Shown in pieces: positions 43,303 through 55,279 of a stretch of DNA of 64,000 bases. The position numbers were made by a program, and so were the translations under genes. Origin of the DNA: Bigelowiella natans CCMP2755 (Eukaryota; Protista; Cercozoa); contig ADNK01000542.1 of NCBI GenBank assembly GCA_000320545.1, forward strand, positions 62,001-126,000, in the 5' to 3' direction. Under the pieces are notes generated by a model that saw only the letters and a program-made list of their open reading frames with translations, searched no databases and had not been told where the DNA came from. Position 1 is the stretch's first letter; every line of letters begins with the position of its first letter.

Positions 43303-45254
43303 CAACACCAATAAAGTAGCTGCGGCAGCAGTAGCAGCAGCAGCAGGTGAGGGGAGAATAGTAAATACCCAATTCTTGGCAATTTGGACTCAGAAATAGG
43401 ATTAGCAGTATTGGTAGTTCTTGAGTCTGAGGATTGACCAATTCCACTACTACTACTAGAAGTGATATCAGGATCACAGCTTTCGCCTTCATCAAACTGT
43501 GAGGCACCAGAAACCTTTAACAATCTAGGTGTAGCAGTTATGTTGATATTATTATTATTATTATTATTATTATTAGTAGTAGTAGTAGTAGTAACAGTAT
43601 ATATAGGGGCACTAACTACTACTACTACCTGGCAATAGCTCTATACGTTTCTCTTATATCATCTTCAGACATATTTGAAGTTACGGGAATTCCAAACTGC
43701 ATGATCTCTTGAGCAAGAACTGAATCATATATATTTTGTAAAATATATAAACACATAATACGTGTCACAGATGATTGGTTACTCTTTATAAGTATATGCT
43801 ACTAAGTGCACTGTCTGAAGGAAATTTGTGTTGTAGTGGTAGTAGAAATAATAGTAATAATCACACAGATGCAAGCACATAGATGTTACATATATGCTGA
43901 TAATTAAAGCAGCTGTAACAATTGCATAGCTGCTACAGAGTTATGGTGTGAGCAGACAAAATGTCACCACTACCATCTTCGCTCCTATAAGGAAATACCA
44001 AGCAGGCAAACGGATACATCATCGTAATCATCATTGTCATCATCGTTGTCATCATCATCATCATTTTGTGAATATGACCGGAAGGATGCGTTGATTGTAA
44101 AGTCTTCTCCTCTTCTACTGACCTAAAACACAACAACAGCAACAACAACAACAATATGCAATAAGAGGCTGATTAATGCAGCACAAGGCGACATCATCAT
44201 TAACACCCCCCCCCCTTTCCAGTCTATTAATTTAGGTTGAGAAAGGAGCTACTCGCGCCCATGGCAGAAATTTTTTTCAATGAATGTAGAAGAATATACG
44301 ATATCATGAGTGTGTGAAAGAGAAGCAGTGGTAGTAGTAGTAGTAGAAGTAGAAGAAGAAGTTGTTTTAGTGCCAACAGTAGTACCAAATATAAAGCTCC
44401 TCTGGATTAGCTACTGGTGAGATAAATTGACCCGGTAAAGGTTTCTCTCCTCCTGACTGTTGTTGAAGTGGAGAGACGCCTATTCATAATAGCGTGGCAG
44501 ACATACACATCTATCATCAACACCAGCTCTGTTTGTCTGCTTATATTGCGACGAACCAAAATGATGACTCTGACAACGCTAATCATCGATGATTCATCAT
44601 GATTGTTACTTCAGAGCAATAATACTACTTGAAATCTTCGGATATCAATGCAGATAACAAGGAAAACGCTTATAGATAGGTGCACACTACTACATTTATT
44701 ATGGATGAGAACGACCAAGTTTAGCCTTTTCGTAATCTCCCCTGGAAATTCCTCTTGGGGTAGGCGGTGGGAGAGCGTGCATAAATAATTTCCTGCTTGG
44801 TACCGCAGACGATGACAAACATCGAAGCCTGATCAGTTGGAACAAGTTTAATTTTTGAATCATGATGAAGACTAAAATCCTTCATAGAACACACGCATCA
44901 CGTCCACAACGTCACAACGTTCCCTTTTTCCAGTATTTTATTAGTTAACACATATCAATATATTTGTTGTTCAAACCTGCTGCATCTGCCGGTTCGTCGG
45001 TGCATAATTCTCTCAGAAACAGCATTAATACTACTAGCAGTACCAGTAGATCGCTTTATTGGGTGCATCATCAGGTGAGTTGATGGAATAATAGTAGACT
45101 TGCAGCAGTAGCAGTAGCAGTATCCAACTAGTACCAATGTTGTTATCAGAGCCCGCGGCAGCATCCTAAATGAATGATTCATCATCATGTAAAAGAAACA
45201 ACGTCTGCTGCTGGGTTGCTGCCAAGGAACAACTAACTCTTCTGCTACTACCAT
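40841..45254 (-). CDS. DUF6816-like (cyanobacterial/plastid-type) protein with a bipartite-like leader, multi-exon
   Basis: Exons YPSYLEGDWE-VQISAAKAEFP (~42950-42760), MRFVYD..VKEDVEHNL, FWSAQTYRQ and C-terminal TIGYLPSDSPL..DPVVVYAQKLKFRR* resemble this family (YP.WFEG.W.V; YL.P.DP..PVA.Y.Y.L). The family assignment is from memory of the motifs. Confidence 0.6.
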
Positions 45255-45687
45255 CGTGACTTTTCTTTCTAGAAACGATGAAGCAGTAAGAATGTAGTAC
45301 GTACTGCTACCACCTTGTGCTCGCTCTTCTGTTCCACTGCCACCACATAATCAATCACACTACAAGCGAAAAAGCTCTCTTCAGATTACTTGGCACATGA
45401 AAGCACAGCAGCCTGATAACCATTTCACGAATAAGACGGAGGATCACAAGTAGTCTCACAAGTCAGTTCTCGAGAGTTGTTCTTTTACCCGCTGCAATTT
45501 CCACTACTACTTACAATTGCTACTACAATTACTTCTGTGATACTGACTAAGCTCTTTCTCCTCTCCGTGATCCGCTTATCAACAGAGATTCTTCCTTCTT
45601 CAGGTGGGTCGGAGGAGAGAAGGATGAGAAGCAGGAAGACGAATATCGGAGGAATATCTGAGAAAATAACAACGCAATGCCTCCAAC

Positions 45688-45723
<36 letters not shown>

Positions 45724-46008
45724 CTGCAAAGAATAATAGCTGTAAAAAAATCCAAGTAGAAACATCGAAAGTCTTTGTCGAGAGAAATGGTGAGTATACT
45801 AATGATATTGGTATAATATATGTGCATATATGTCGTTGTTGTTGTTTTCCATGAAATAACAACAAAAAGAACAATACCTCGAGAGATACCCCCTCCCTCC
45901 TGGTGCTCTCATCGTCGTCGTCGTCGTTGTCGTCGTCGTCAGCGCGTGTACCCCACTTGCTTGTGTAATCGATCGATCGATAATAAAAATATCGACATAA
46001 TTCACGGC

Positions 46009-46785
46009 ATGGCGGCCTCGCTCGGTCGGTTCATCGCCTCTGCTATCAAACGCTCCCCCTTCGTCATCTATGCGAAATCCACCCCGTCAACCCTTCCCAT
46101 GTACAATGAAGATACAGATTTTTGCTACTTTTTCTTCTCGGACTCGATGAAGGATATTTATGGGGTTAGTCCCCACATACTGACATCATCGGGCCGAAAT
46201 GCGAAGACTGAGCACCCGGAAGATTATAAGGAGTATTTTAAAGATGATGTAGGGGTTTGCCAGCGATTTCGGCATCCTAAGGTCAAGCGCATAGCTGTGA
46301 ATTGGCAAATGCCTGCGATGCATACCACGCTATTAATGCGAAAGACTGCCATGGATTTTGGCACTGATCGGTACATGCTAGGCTGTTTCTCTCCATTTGA
46401 CGACTTGGAGCTAGGTGTAACAAGCTTTCGTGCATGTAGATTGCCACAACAACAACAAGAGTTGGAACACTTACCTGAGGGATGGTATGAGTCGGTGTGG
46501 AAACATTTACCAAACGCCGCCTTGATCGTGGATTTCTCCGGGAATTTGCTCGCCGAGAACAGTCTCGTTGGCCTATATAAAAAAGAGGTTCCAACAATAA
46601 TTGATGCTTGCCTTGAACGAGTGGAAGAGACACTCGAAAGGGACCCTGAGATTAATTGTTGGAAATTTGCCAACGTACAACTAGAAGAAGGTAAAGTCCG
46701 CGCCTGGGTGTGGCGTCCAGACGAAAATTCTCCAAATTTCGCGGTTAGTATTAGACCAAAGCATGAAATAATAGTCCCTAGATAG
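46009..46785 (+). CDS. Intronless protein with two PAS-like domains and no output domain
   Basis: AIKRSPFVIYAKS..CYFFFSDSMKDIYGVSP..GRNAKTEHPEDYKEYFKDD..LLMRKTAM..RYMLGC follows a PAS_4-like pattern. A second unit begins WYESVWKHLPNAALIVDFSGNLLAEN. Confidence 0.6.
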   Translation: MAASLGRFIASAIKRSPFVIYAKSTPSTLPMYNEDTDFCYFFFSDSMKDIYGVSPHILTSSGRNAKTEHPEDYKEYFKDDVGVCQRFRHPKVKRIAVNWQMPAMHTTLLMRKTAMDFGTDRYMLGCFSPFDDLELGVTSFRACRLPQQQQELEHLPEGWYESVWKHLPNAALIVDFSGNLLAENSLVGLYKKEVPTIIDACLERVEETLERDPEINCWKFANVQLEEGKVRAWVWRPDENSPNFAVSIRPKHEIIVPR

Positions 46786-47499
46786 CTAGATTAATGATTC
46801 AGTAGATTCTGACAGAACTGGTACTAATAATGAAAGACTTTGCCTTTGCATTCGAAAATGAGGACATGCACGAGCTCTTGCAAAACATACGCCTGTTGTG
46901 TAGTGGGCATCATTAGTGCATCATTAGCGACGCTATCGCACACGAGCCAGCTTGGCATGGCCATGTTGTCTCCTTCGACTAGTTTACTAGCTTCGTGGCA
47001 AGCGCCGGCACATTGTTTCACACTGCGTCATGGCAACCATGCGACGTGTGCTTCCTCACATGCCTTGTACACACTGTCAAATGGGTGGGGGCACTTTTAA
47101 AATGAAATGGGTTCTGGCAGACTTGGGAAAGAGAATAAGATCATTTTCATCATCATCTCCTTCAGTCACATTAAATCCTTAAATTGATGTAGAATCTGGA
47201 ATCTGGAACACAGCCCATGAGGTAGACTCCAGGCTCCATTCAAGTGATGTGAATGGGTCGAATGAAGGATAATTGTTATTTCCTACCTGTGATCTCATCA
47301 TTGTTGAGCGTAGAAACTTTCATGAGTGCCACTTAATGATGGTTGTACAATCCATCACCTTCTCTGGTAAATTTTCGATCAGCATTATGGTTCTCTTTTC
47401 CCCATTTCAATGGAAGCTTGTTGCTATCAAGCGTTGAGTGACGGCATCGTACTCGTTTTATGTAGCTGAGGGTAGTTGGCGGGATGGAGATGTTTGCGA

Positions 47500-47552
<53 letters not shown>

Positions 47553-47855
47553 TGTAGCCGCTGCATTGCACAGCTACATTAAGATGACAATTGAAAAAAT
47601 TTAAACATTTCATTACATCCGTCTTATATATATGCGATGTCACTGATCTTCTTACGTACATGTATTATTTAGAGAATAACATAACAGTATACACTTGTAG
47701 AAAAGATGCGTACGTAGTTCGCAGTGAAACAAATCTGTACTTTAAAATTGTTGACGTGTATGCAGCAACAAGTTATTCTTCTCGAAGAATTTACAAGATA
47801 TAATAGGTCGTGGCAATTGTTTTCATCTAGCATGTTAGTCGCTGGAGTTTACTGA

Positions 47856-49642
47856 TCAGCATGTGTTGATTGCCACAAGCTTGAATTTGTTTTCTGAAGC
47901 TCCAGCGTATTCAAAAATCAAAACGTGGGTGCTATGGGGCTCGATGTTCCAGCCTGGCCCAGTTCCTGCAACATCGAAGCCTTCGTCGACTTGTCGAAAC
48001 GGGTTTGCGAGGTAGAACCATTCTGTATAGGTCTGGGAATACCTTATTTCTGGATTCCTCCAGAGACCCTCAAGAAGCCACGGCTTGTCTTCCATTCCCT
48101 CTAATAGAACACTTGCATTTCCAAGGCCCTCGTAAGATCTGAGATATTCAATGGACAGCGAAGGAGTCTCACCAAACTTGATTGGGAAACGTATCTGGGC
48201 TCCAGGTTTGGATGTAATCCAACCAGGTTTGCCAGCGCGATCCTCAAAGATGTCCCAGGCTTTGGAACCATCCTTCGTTCGAGAATGAATTGCGAGATTA
48301 TTATGTGCGTCATGGCTTGACACTGGGTGCAGACAAACAGGGAGAGCGGGGCGTCGTCTGCCCAACCATACTGAAGTATCATTTGTTCCCGAGGAGGAAG
48401 GTGGCGTTCTACTCCCGCAACGCAGACTATCAATGGCCTGTTTCAAAGCTGCTGCAACAAAGTCTGCGTAGATTTGATGTATATGATACGGGGGATGGAC
48501 ATTGCGATTATGATCCGAACATTGCTTCAAAAGGCAGACCCCACCGACATTGCAGAGGGTGTAGAAATCGAGGACTTGTACCTGGTGGAATGAATACGTT
48601 GCGCGCACCATGTTGTAAAGTTCCGGTTTTTCCAGGCAGTCATCGGTCATTGGAATCATCGACATCAGCAACGTATTTGGATGGGTTTTCTTCAGCAAAA
48701 GCACCAGCTGATCGATAGCTTGTGAAATATCCTCTGGTGGTTTCTCGTCGAAAGCACAATCATTAACACCAAAGTCAATAAATATAAGGTCAGGCTCAGA
48801 TGGAGACTTCATAAGGTTGCTGATGCTTCCCAGAGCAGCTTCGGTGCCAGTTCCGCCCCTTGCCCTGTTGATAAGGCTGATATTTGTCTTAGGGAATGCC
48901 CGTTCGAGCCATTTGTACACCCGGTAGGGCCAGCTACACTGCTTTTGTGAGAATATCAGTATTTCGTCTTGGCCTAAATTGAAAAGGTGCGTTCAGTGGA
49001 TACTACGAAGGGTTTATTATCAGCAAATGCGTTCAGTGGATACGACGAGGAGTTTATCAGCAAATTCACCTCTTCCTGGGAATTCCTGGGAGCAAAGGGC
49101 CCCAGCTGTAAAAGAACCTCCCAAGGCCAGGATGGTTGTTCGAGTTCCAACAGAATTGAGCTTATGGAAGAACTTGTAAAATTTGGGGTCCTTTGGATCG
49201 AAGGAGCCGGTTAAGAGCAGCTTATGAACTTCGGGCATGAATACCTGGGTGTTGTTGGACGTAGTCTCTGATGAGAAGATCACTGACAAGGATGCGGAAA
49301 TTTTACCTGATACTTGCCGCACTCTGTCGCTCCTGATGGCATAGATCCAAAAGTGTAGAGACCAGGGTCAATCATTCCACGGCTAAAGTCGATACACTCA
49401 CCCGACGGAAAGCTCATTCTATCGATTTCAACGCCGCTTGAGTTGTAAGGTGGTGCATTCGACTTGGTAGAGGCACAGAGGCTCCCACTGAGCCCCTCCA
49501 AAGACGTGGCATTGCCGTACAGTAATATGAGCACCACGTTCAAACTGACAAGGAGAGCTGGCGCTCTCCACGAGACAATCGATGCGGATAGTGATGGCTC
49601 CCCATCGCCGCCGAACGACGTCACTCTCGCCGACGATGTCAT
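47856..49642 (-). CDS. SGNH/GDSL-type hydrolase with an N-terminal membrane anchor, three exons
   Basis: Block I ILALGGSFTAG, block II INRARGGTGT, block III PDLIFIDFGVND and block V VHP are present. N-terminal TM is ALLVSLNVVLILLY. Confidence 0.8.
48988..49064. repeat. Short tandem duplication (~37-40 bp x2) in an SGNH intron
   Basis: tgcgttcagtggatac..gtttat(tat)cagcaaa occurs at 48988 and 49028. Confidence 0.85.
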
Positions 49643-49989
49643 ATCGCCCCCCTCACTATCATTGCAAGATTTCTACAAGTAGGTGGGGGAGAATTGCATG
49701 GCCCCGTCGCCGAAACGCGAAGTCGAGTGGGGGCGAGCGGTGTTTGGGGAAGGGGGTTAGTAAGAATTTTCAAGTAGATATTTCTAGTCAAAAACATCAT
49801 GGATCCGATCCTGTCGGTTTTTTTGGGCTTGTTTTTTGCGCTACAACACAATGATTATTATCGATATTCTTTTCGATGTTCTTTGCAGTTCTTTTACAGT
49901 GAATGCGTACTTCTTCAATGGACGCCTCAACGGCTTGTTCCTGCCTCCTGAGGGCATTGACTACGAGCACTTCGAGCATGCCCATCATA

Positions 49990-50830
49990 GTGGAATCTCC
50001 GCCGGTCCTGCTCTGAACGTCAAGTGTGGTTCCAGTGAAACTAGCGTCGCAGTGGCTTCCGTTCAAAACAACTTGCGCATGTCTGAAGATGCAGCCCTTT
50101 TGCAGCCCGAAGCCTGAACGTGCACTTTTCCGTTGGGCTGCAAATCCTGCACGTGAGACAGTCACTTGAATCACATTGATGTTTGACATTCACACGTCGC
50201 ATGTGGATTCATCTGTGTGTTGCACAGCCACTCAAACACTCAAACAAGTGAACACCATGACTGTGACGCTGCGCGCGACGAGCAGGCGACGTCGCCACTG
50301 GAAGAGAGCCGCATGACAGCTGAGCAAAACCCCAAGTCTCACACAGCACACACACAGGAGCTGCACATGCACGCAGCGCAAGAGGCACTGCATGCGTGCG
50401 ATGTGAGCTAGCAAGGCTTCTTGGCAACTCTGGAACTGTCATCTGACGCACCCCGTCGACTCTGAGACTGGATCGACATGTTTGACGTGTGTGTCCCCAG
50501 CGGCAAAACTTGAACCAAGACGCAGACGTCCATCTCAGGAGTCAACATGAAAACTCCCGTCCAGAGCAGGGACAAACTCGATCTGCAAATCGTTCAGCTG
50601 GTGTGACCTTGTTTGGATGTGGCCCAGAGCAGACAGGACCGCGACACATCAGCTGGAGGAGGTGGTGAGCAACCAGGCTCAAATTCGAACGAAAGACACG
50701 TGATGTGATGCATGGGTGAATGGCATCATTGTGTCAGAAGTGGACAACGTTGGAGATAGATGAACAAACGAGGAGAACGAAGTTGGGACCAGGAGCAAGG
50801 CTGCACCAACAGGGACAACAAGCATTTGAA
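49990..50830. other. TpA-depleted island 1 (decayed repeat or pseudogene)
   Basis: Only 2 TpA in 49991-50755, both in CTAGC. CpG is retained. No intact recognisable ORF. Confidence 0.8.
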
Positions 50831-51019
50831 GGTACGGTGTTGGGCTTGACAGGTCCGCAGGATCAAGGGTGGGTATGCACATGGATGTGTGGAACGATAG
50901 AACGCTAACTCTTGCAGATGCATGGAAAGGCGGATGCGCAACATAACTACATTCGCAAAGCCTGCACTAGCAACTCGAGACATCATTGCGACTGCGAGGT
51001 AAGGGAGTGCACAATGCTA

Positions 51020-52211
51020 GCTAGACATCAAGTAAATGTAGCAGAGCGATCATGCGCGTAGTCTGCCATGCACCTTCACGTCGGATCGCACTATCGAGTG
51101 ATGGTTCATAACCCAATTTACTACGGGCATCGTACTTTAAAATCAAGTCGAGATGGTTACGAAGAGTACGAAGTAATGCATACTATGATTGTGTAGATGC
51201 ATCTGTTTACAGTAATTATTGTACTCCATACCAGTATGGAGTGCGCGGATCATCCTTAAGGTCTTCGAATGCCTTTAGATCCATTCGTTCGTCCTTGCCT
51301 TGATAGATTTCTGGGTCTTCCTTCAGAATCTTGGACTAATTCACAAATAACAAAAGGAAATATTGAAATGTCTCTCTTATCAAATTTTATCGATGATTTA
51401 CTTTCCGGAAGGCATCTTCAAGTTTCACTTTATCACGAATCCCATCAATATTCATTAACTGCCGGTCGTCAATTTCTGTAGAAAGACACGTATACTCAAC
51501 TAGTCACCAAATATACTTGATGTGTTGTGCAAGTTTAGCCAATGATATATGGGGTTTGAAAAGGAAGCACTCAGATGGTGCACAGACACAACATAAACAT
51601 AATATGTGTAATCTTATGAGAGGGCAAGCTAAGATGCGTGTAGTCTTTTCCAGTTTATGAGAACTCATGACAGCACATGCTCTACCTTTCCAGATATTCT
51701 CAGGGCAGCCTTGTTGCATGGACCCTTTGGCGGCGGTGATTTGATCTTCACAGCATCCATATACTGTGTCAAAGCAACTCCTTGAGTTGCGCTTTAAGAT
51801 TCCACATCCCTTATATCCGGGACCCATCGCGGGAGTCAATTCATCTTCGCAGCACCCAAATAGTGAGGAATGACAATCTAAAAATAACAACACAAAATTA
51901 GTGGAATAGATAAATGAAAAATTATACATTTGCTGGAAGGGACAACCGTGTGGAAATCTTGGCAGTGTTCTTGGCGGCTGAAATAATATCTGTTGAGACT
52001 GGGGACGTAATGCTGCAGGAGGCAACTCGCGAATCTCGCGGATAATTTTAGAAGGATCAATAGAAGTTAAGTTGAGTGAAGCATTCTTGGAATCATAGTT
52101 ATTGTTGATATTGTCAACGCCTTTCATTTCTTCCGTTTCCCCTAGTTGTGAGGCTATCAAATGAGAGATTAGACAAAAGCATATCGCTAATGTGGGACAT
52201 CTGTGACCCAT
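51020..52211 (-). CDS. Secreted protein with two papilin/lacunin-type Cys repeats; 3' end approximate
   Basis: Signal peptide MGHRCPTLAICFCLISHLIAS, followed by repeats CHSSLFGCCEDELTPAMGPGYKGC and CFDTVYGCCEDQITAAKGSMQQGC (C..S.FGCC.D..T.A.G....GC). Confidence 0.65.
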
Positions 52212-52600
52212 GTCTATGATCTCTCAGGTCATACAGCCTTCTTCATCCATTAATTTAATTCAAAATTTCAAACGACAGCTCCTCATAAATAGCGATTATT
52301 GTATGTAACAAACAGGGCATATTTACTGTGCGACATAGACATATATCACAAAAATCATTGTTAATTGGAGGAGTAGTCGTAATACTTTATTGGCACAATT
52401 CTAGGATGAACGACCAAAATGCGAAAAGTCGTACTTGACATTCCAGCCACAAATTTTTAAGCGGAAAATTGCATCGCAGCAGTTTTCATCACCTTGTGAA
52501 GAAATTCAGTTCATTTATTGGGAAAACGTCCTTAATTCTATATAATCTTAAGTAATCGAAAATCGTCTTACGCCTCAAAAATAGACCGTCAGTCTACTGT

Positions 52601-54903
52601 ATGATGTCTGCCAGGCCTCTCGGTTCTAATTTTCGCTCTCGCTGCTTAACTTCATCTCGTATCCTCCCTCTACTTTTCTTCATGACTTCGCATGTGAGCG
52701 CCAAAATTGCAGCTAGGTCCACGCTGAGCAGGTAGTTGCTGACGACATATGTTATCGATTTTACTCTTTTATCGGGAGGAGCCTACGACGACGATGCGGT
52801 CCATGATGAGTTATGTTTCTGGAGATATAGTGTGCCTTTGATTGAGGATTTCACCGTGAACCGATTCAATCAAGCTGTGTTTCAACACCAATAAACGAAT
52901 CACGAACGCTAGATTAGCTGTGAAATCGAAAGAGAGCAAATTAGGGCCACTAGCATGAACGCAAAATTCATGATTATTTGTGTTTTTCTGTTTCCATTAA
53001 GATTCTTCGGCAGCAGGCCAGTTACTTCCTTTGAACGCAGAATGGGACCTCGTAATAGATATTTTCGGAGATTCTCTTCTGCAGGTTTATTCGCAATTTG
53101 ATGTGAGAGCAGAAACACTGAGCTCACTACATTGAACGTTTCGATTAGAGAACGCAGGTAATAGCAGAAAGTACAAATTTGCGCCGAGCACCACAATTCT
53201 TTCTTCTCCTCGTCATTCAATTGGCTTATTCCGAGGCAAAAGACTAGTCCATGCAAAGGTAGAAACAGTGTTAAGTATTAGCCTATTGTCTGTCCATCTC
53301 CTCTCTTGTCCTTAAGAAATACTCTAATACGATCACAATGATAGGGATTCGGAGCTGCGGATGATGATCAGGATGAACACTCTCGCAACGTTAGAACTAT
53401 GACCACAGGGGAGCTGAGAGCAGAGATCGAGTCGTTCGGGCTGGGCTCTGAAGATTGTGAAGATCGGCTGGATCTTGAGAGAAAGTACATGTTACTAATG
53501 TGTTCTCCTTTATTTGAATTATCGGCACTTTTATCACCCTGACGATAACTGCCTAATGTATTCTCCTTTGTTTGAATCATCGTCGGCACTTTTATCACCC
53601 TGGCGATGATTGATAACTGTAGACTGAAAGCTGTTCGACGAGGCACATACAAAGAGGGCAAGATGTAATTAACTCTCCATTTCTCCTCACAGCTGTGCCC
53701 ATTCTGTGACCATTGTTGCATATAATCTCACCACTCATTTGAAATGTTCCATTATTTCCCTTAGTAAAACTGCAGAGGATGCCGGTGGATACCTCAAATC
53801 CCAACGAACGTGAGAAAGCTCCTGATGGCATGCATGTGAACAAATTGGATGGTATTAATCGATCGCTATATTGTGGTTTCTAGAAGCTCCTCCGGACCAG
53901 CAATTGAAGATATATCTGGAATCTCATCGCAAGAGAATAAAGCAGCAGCTTTTGACCAGGCACTTCAACAAACAAGTGTCCAGAGCCAACAAGTATTAGA
54001 ATTAACAGCCAAATGATGGATGGATTAATTCAGCTTACTCAATAGATAATTTAGTATGGATGACGACTATGATTCTTACTTATTTGACAACTCACAACAG
54101 GCCCAAGCAGAATCATTTGATGCAGCAATCCAAGATCGTCTTGACTCTGTAACAAGCATTTCAAGCGTAAAGAGGGCAAAAACCCTTCGCTTAACAGACC
54201 TTACTCTGAGCGCTGCTGTTCATATTATTCTTATTCTTATTATTATTATTATTATTGTTATTATTTACTTTTATATTTTATAAACACAGATGGCGAAGAA
54301 AGGTCAGAAAGTTTTTGATCTGCTGGAGTACGTGAATCATATTGCATCAAGAAAGGTGTTTGTTTGTTCATTGACATATTCTTTTTCTTTTTTATGTCAG
54401 GTATCCGTGCGAACATGAAATCAAGATTGTAGGAGCCAAAGCATCGGAGATTGGTGATCCTATTTGCAACACCATGTTTTCGGATATTCATTATTAAAGC
54501 ATGATTTGCATAAAATTTTTATATCAGAGATGCGAGTCAGGTCTATTGTTGGTGATACGACTGGTACAGACCCGGAGGTTCTCAAAACATCGTCTCGTGA
54601 AAAGGTTGGTAGTAGTTCATTTTGCTATCAACTAGAGCGCGTACTGGCGGTAAGGGGTAGGGATTGAAATACATCTACAAGAGCACTGAAAAGTAGTTTA
54701 TTTGTGCGATGATCAAACCACCTTAAACGCGACGCATAGGCTATTGTCGTAAATAATACTGATTTCCAATAATCTGCGTTCTTATCTGGCCGTAGGGTAA
54801 ATGGATCTCAATCTCAGTGATGGCTCCTGTCAGTAGTTCAGAAATGCTCTATGATATCTATGCTAGACTGAACAGCGAAGAAAGATTTCGTTATGTGATG
54901 TAG
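52601..54903 (+). CDS. Multi-exon protein with a C-terminal DUF493 (YbeD/HP0495-like) domain, probably organelle-targeted
   Basis: Last exons YPCEHEIKIVG (54401), ..KTSSREK and GKWISISVMAPVSSSEMLYDIYARLNSEERFRYVM* (54797-54903) match the YbeD pattern. Start is MMSARPLGSNFRSRCLTSSRILPLLFF. Confidence 0.75.
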
Positions 54904-55279
54904 GGAGATAAAATATAGGCGACAATGAAAAATCTGTCTAATGCAACAGTCGCCTAGTTGCTACCGATGTAAATACCCCTTCAAACTAATGGAAACGTGA
55001 AAAATATCTCAGTCTGCAACCATTTTGTGTGTTTTAAGTTACTGCTTACATATCCCCAACTGATCGCATTTGATGAAAATATTGTCAGCAATTAATTATG
55101 TGAAAACAACCTAGTAAGCACTTTTTGTCCATATTTTAAAAAACGAATCGGGAAAGGTAGTACAGTGCGTTTAATGGATCGCAAAAATTTTGTACACCGA
55201 AGGTCCTTGCAGTTGATTCGACGAAACTCAAGAATTATGTGTAGTGTAGTTAATTTGATGTTTCAATGTGATTGGTAAA

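Larger units (their letters stand above)
11800..45950. repeat. Region of very dense microsatellites ((TA)n, (TG)n, (GA)n, (CAT)n, (TAG)n, (GGA)n, (CAA)n) in introns and exons
   Basis: Examples are (TG)n at ~13172-13228, (TA)n at ~13670-13708, (CA)n(GA)n at ~20647-20706, (TAG)n at ~28628-28660 and (CAA)n at ~45685-45724. Confidence 0.95.

Noticed and set aside
47100-47456. Possible pseudogene or TE fragment in the PAS/SGNH spacer
   Set aside because: It has a coding-like texture but is interrupted by stops and shows no recognisable motif.
53521-53620. Short direct repeat (tcggcacttttatcaccctg x2) as CRISPR-like
   Set aside because: Only two copies lie inside a eukaryotic intron and there are no cas genes, so this is a local duplication.
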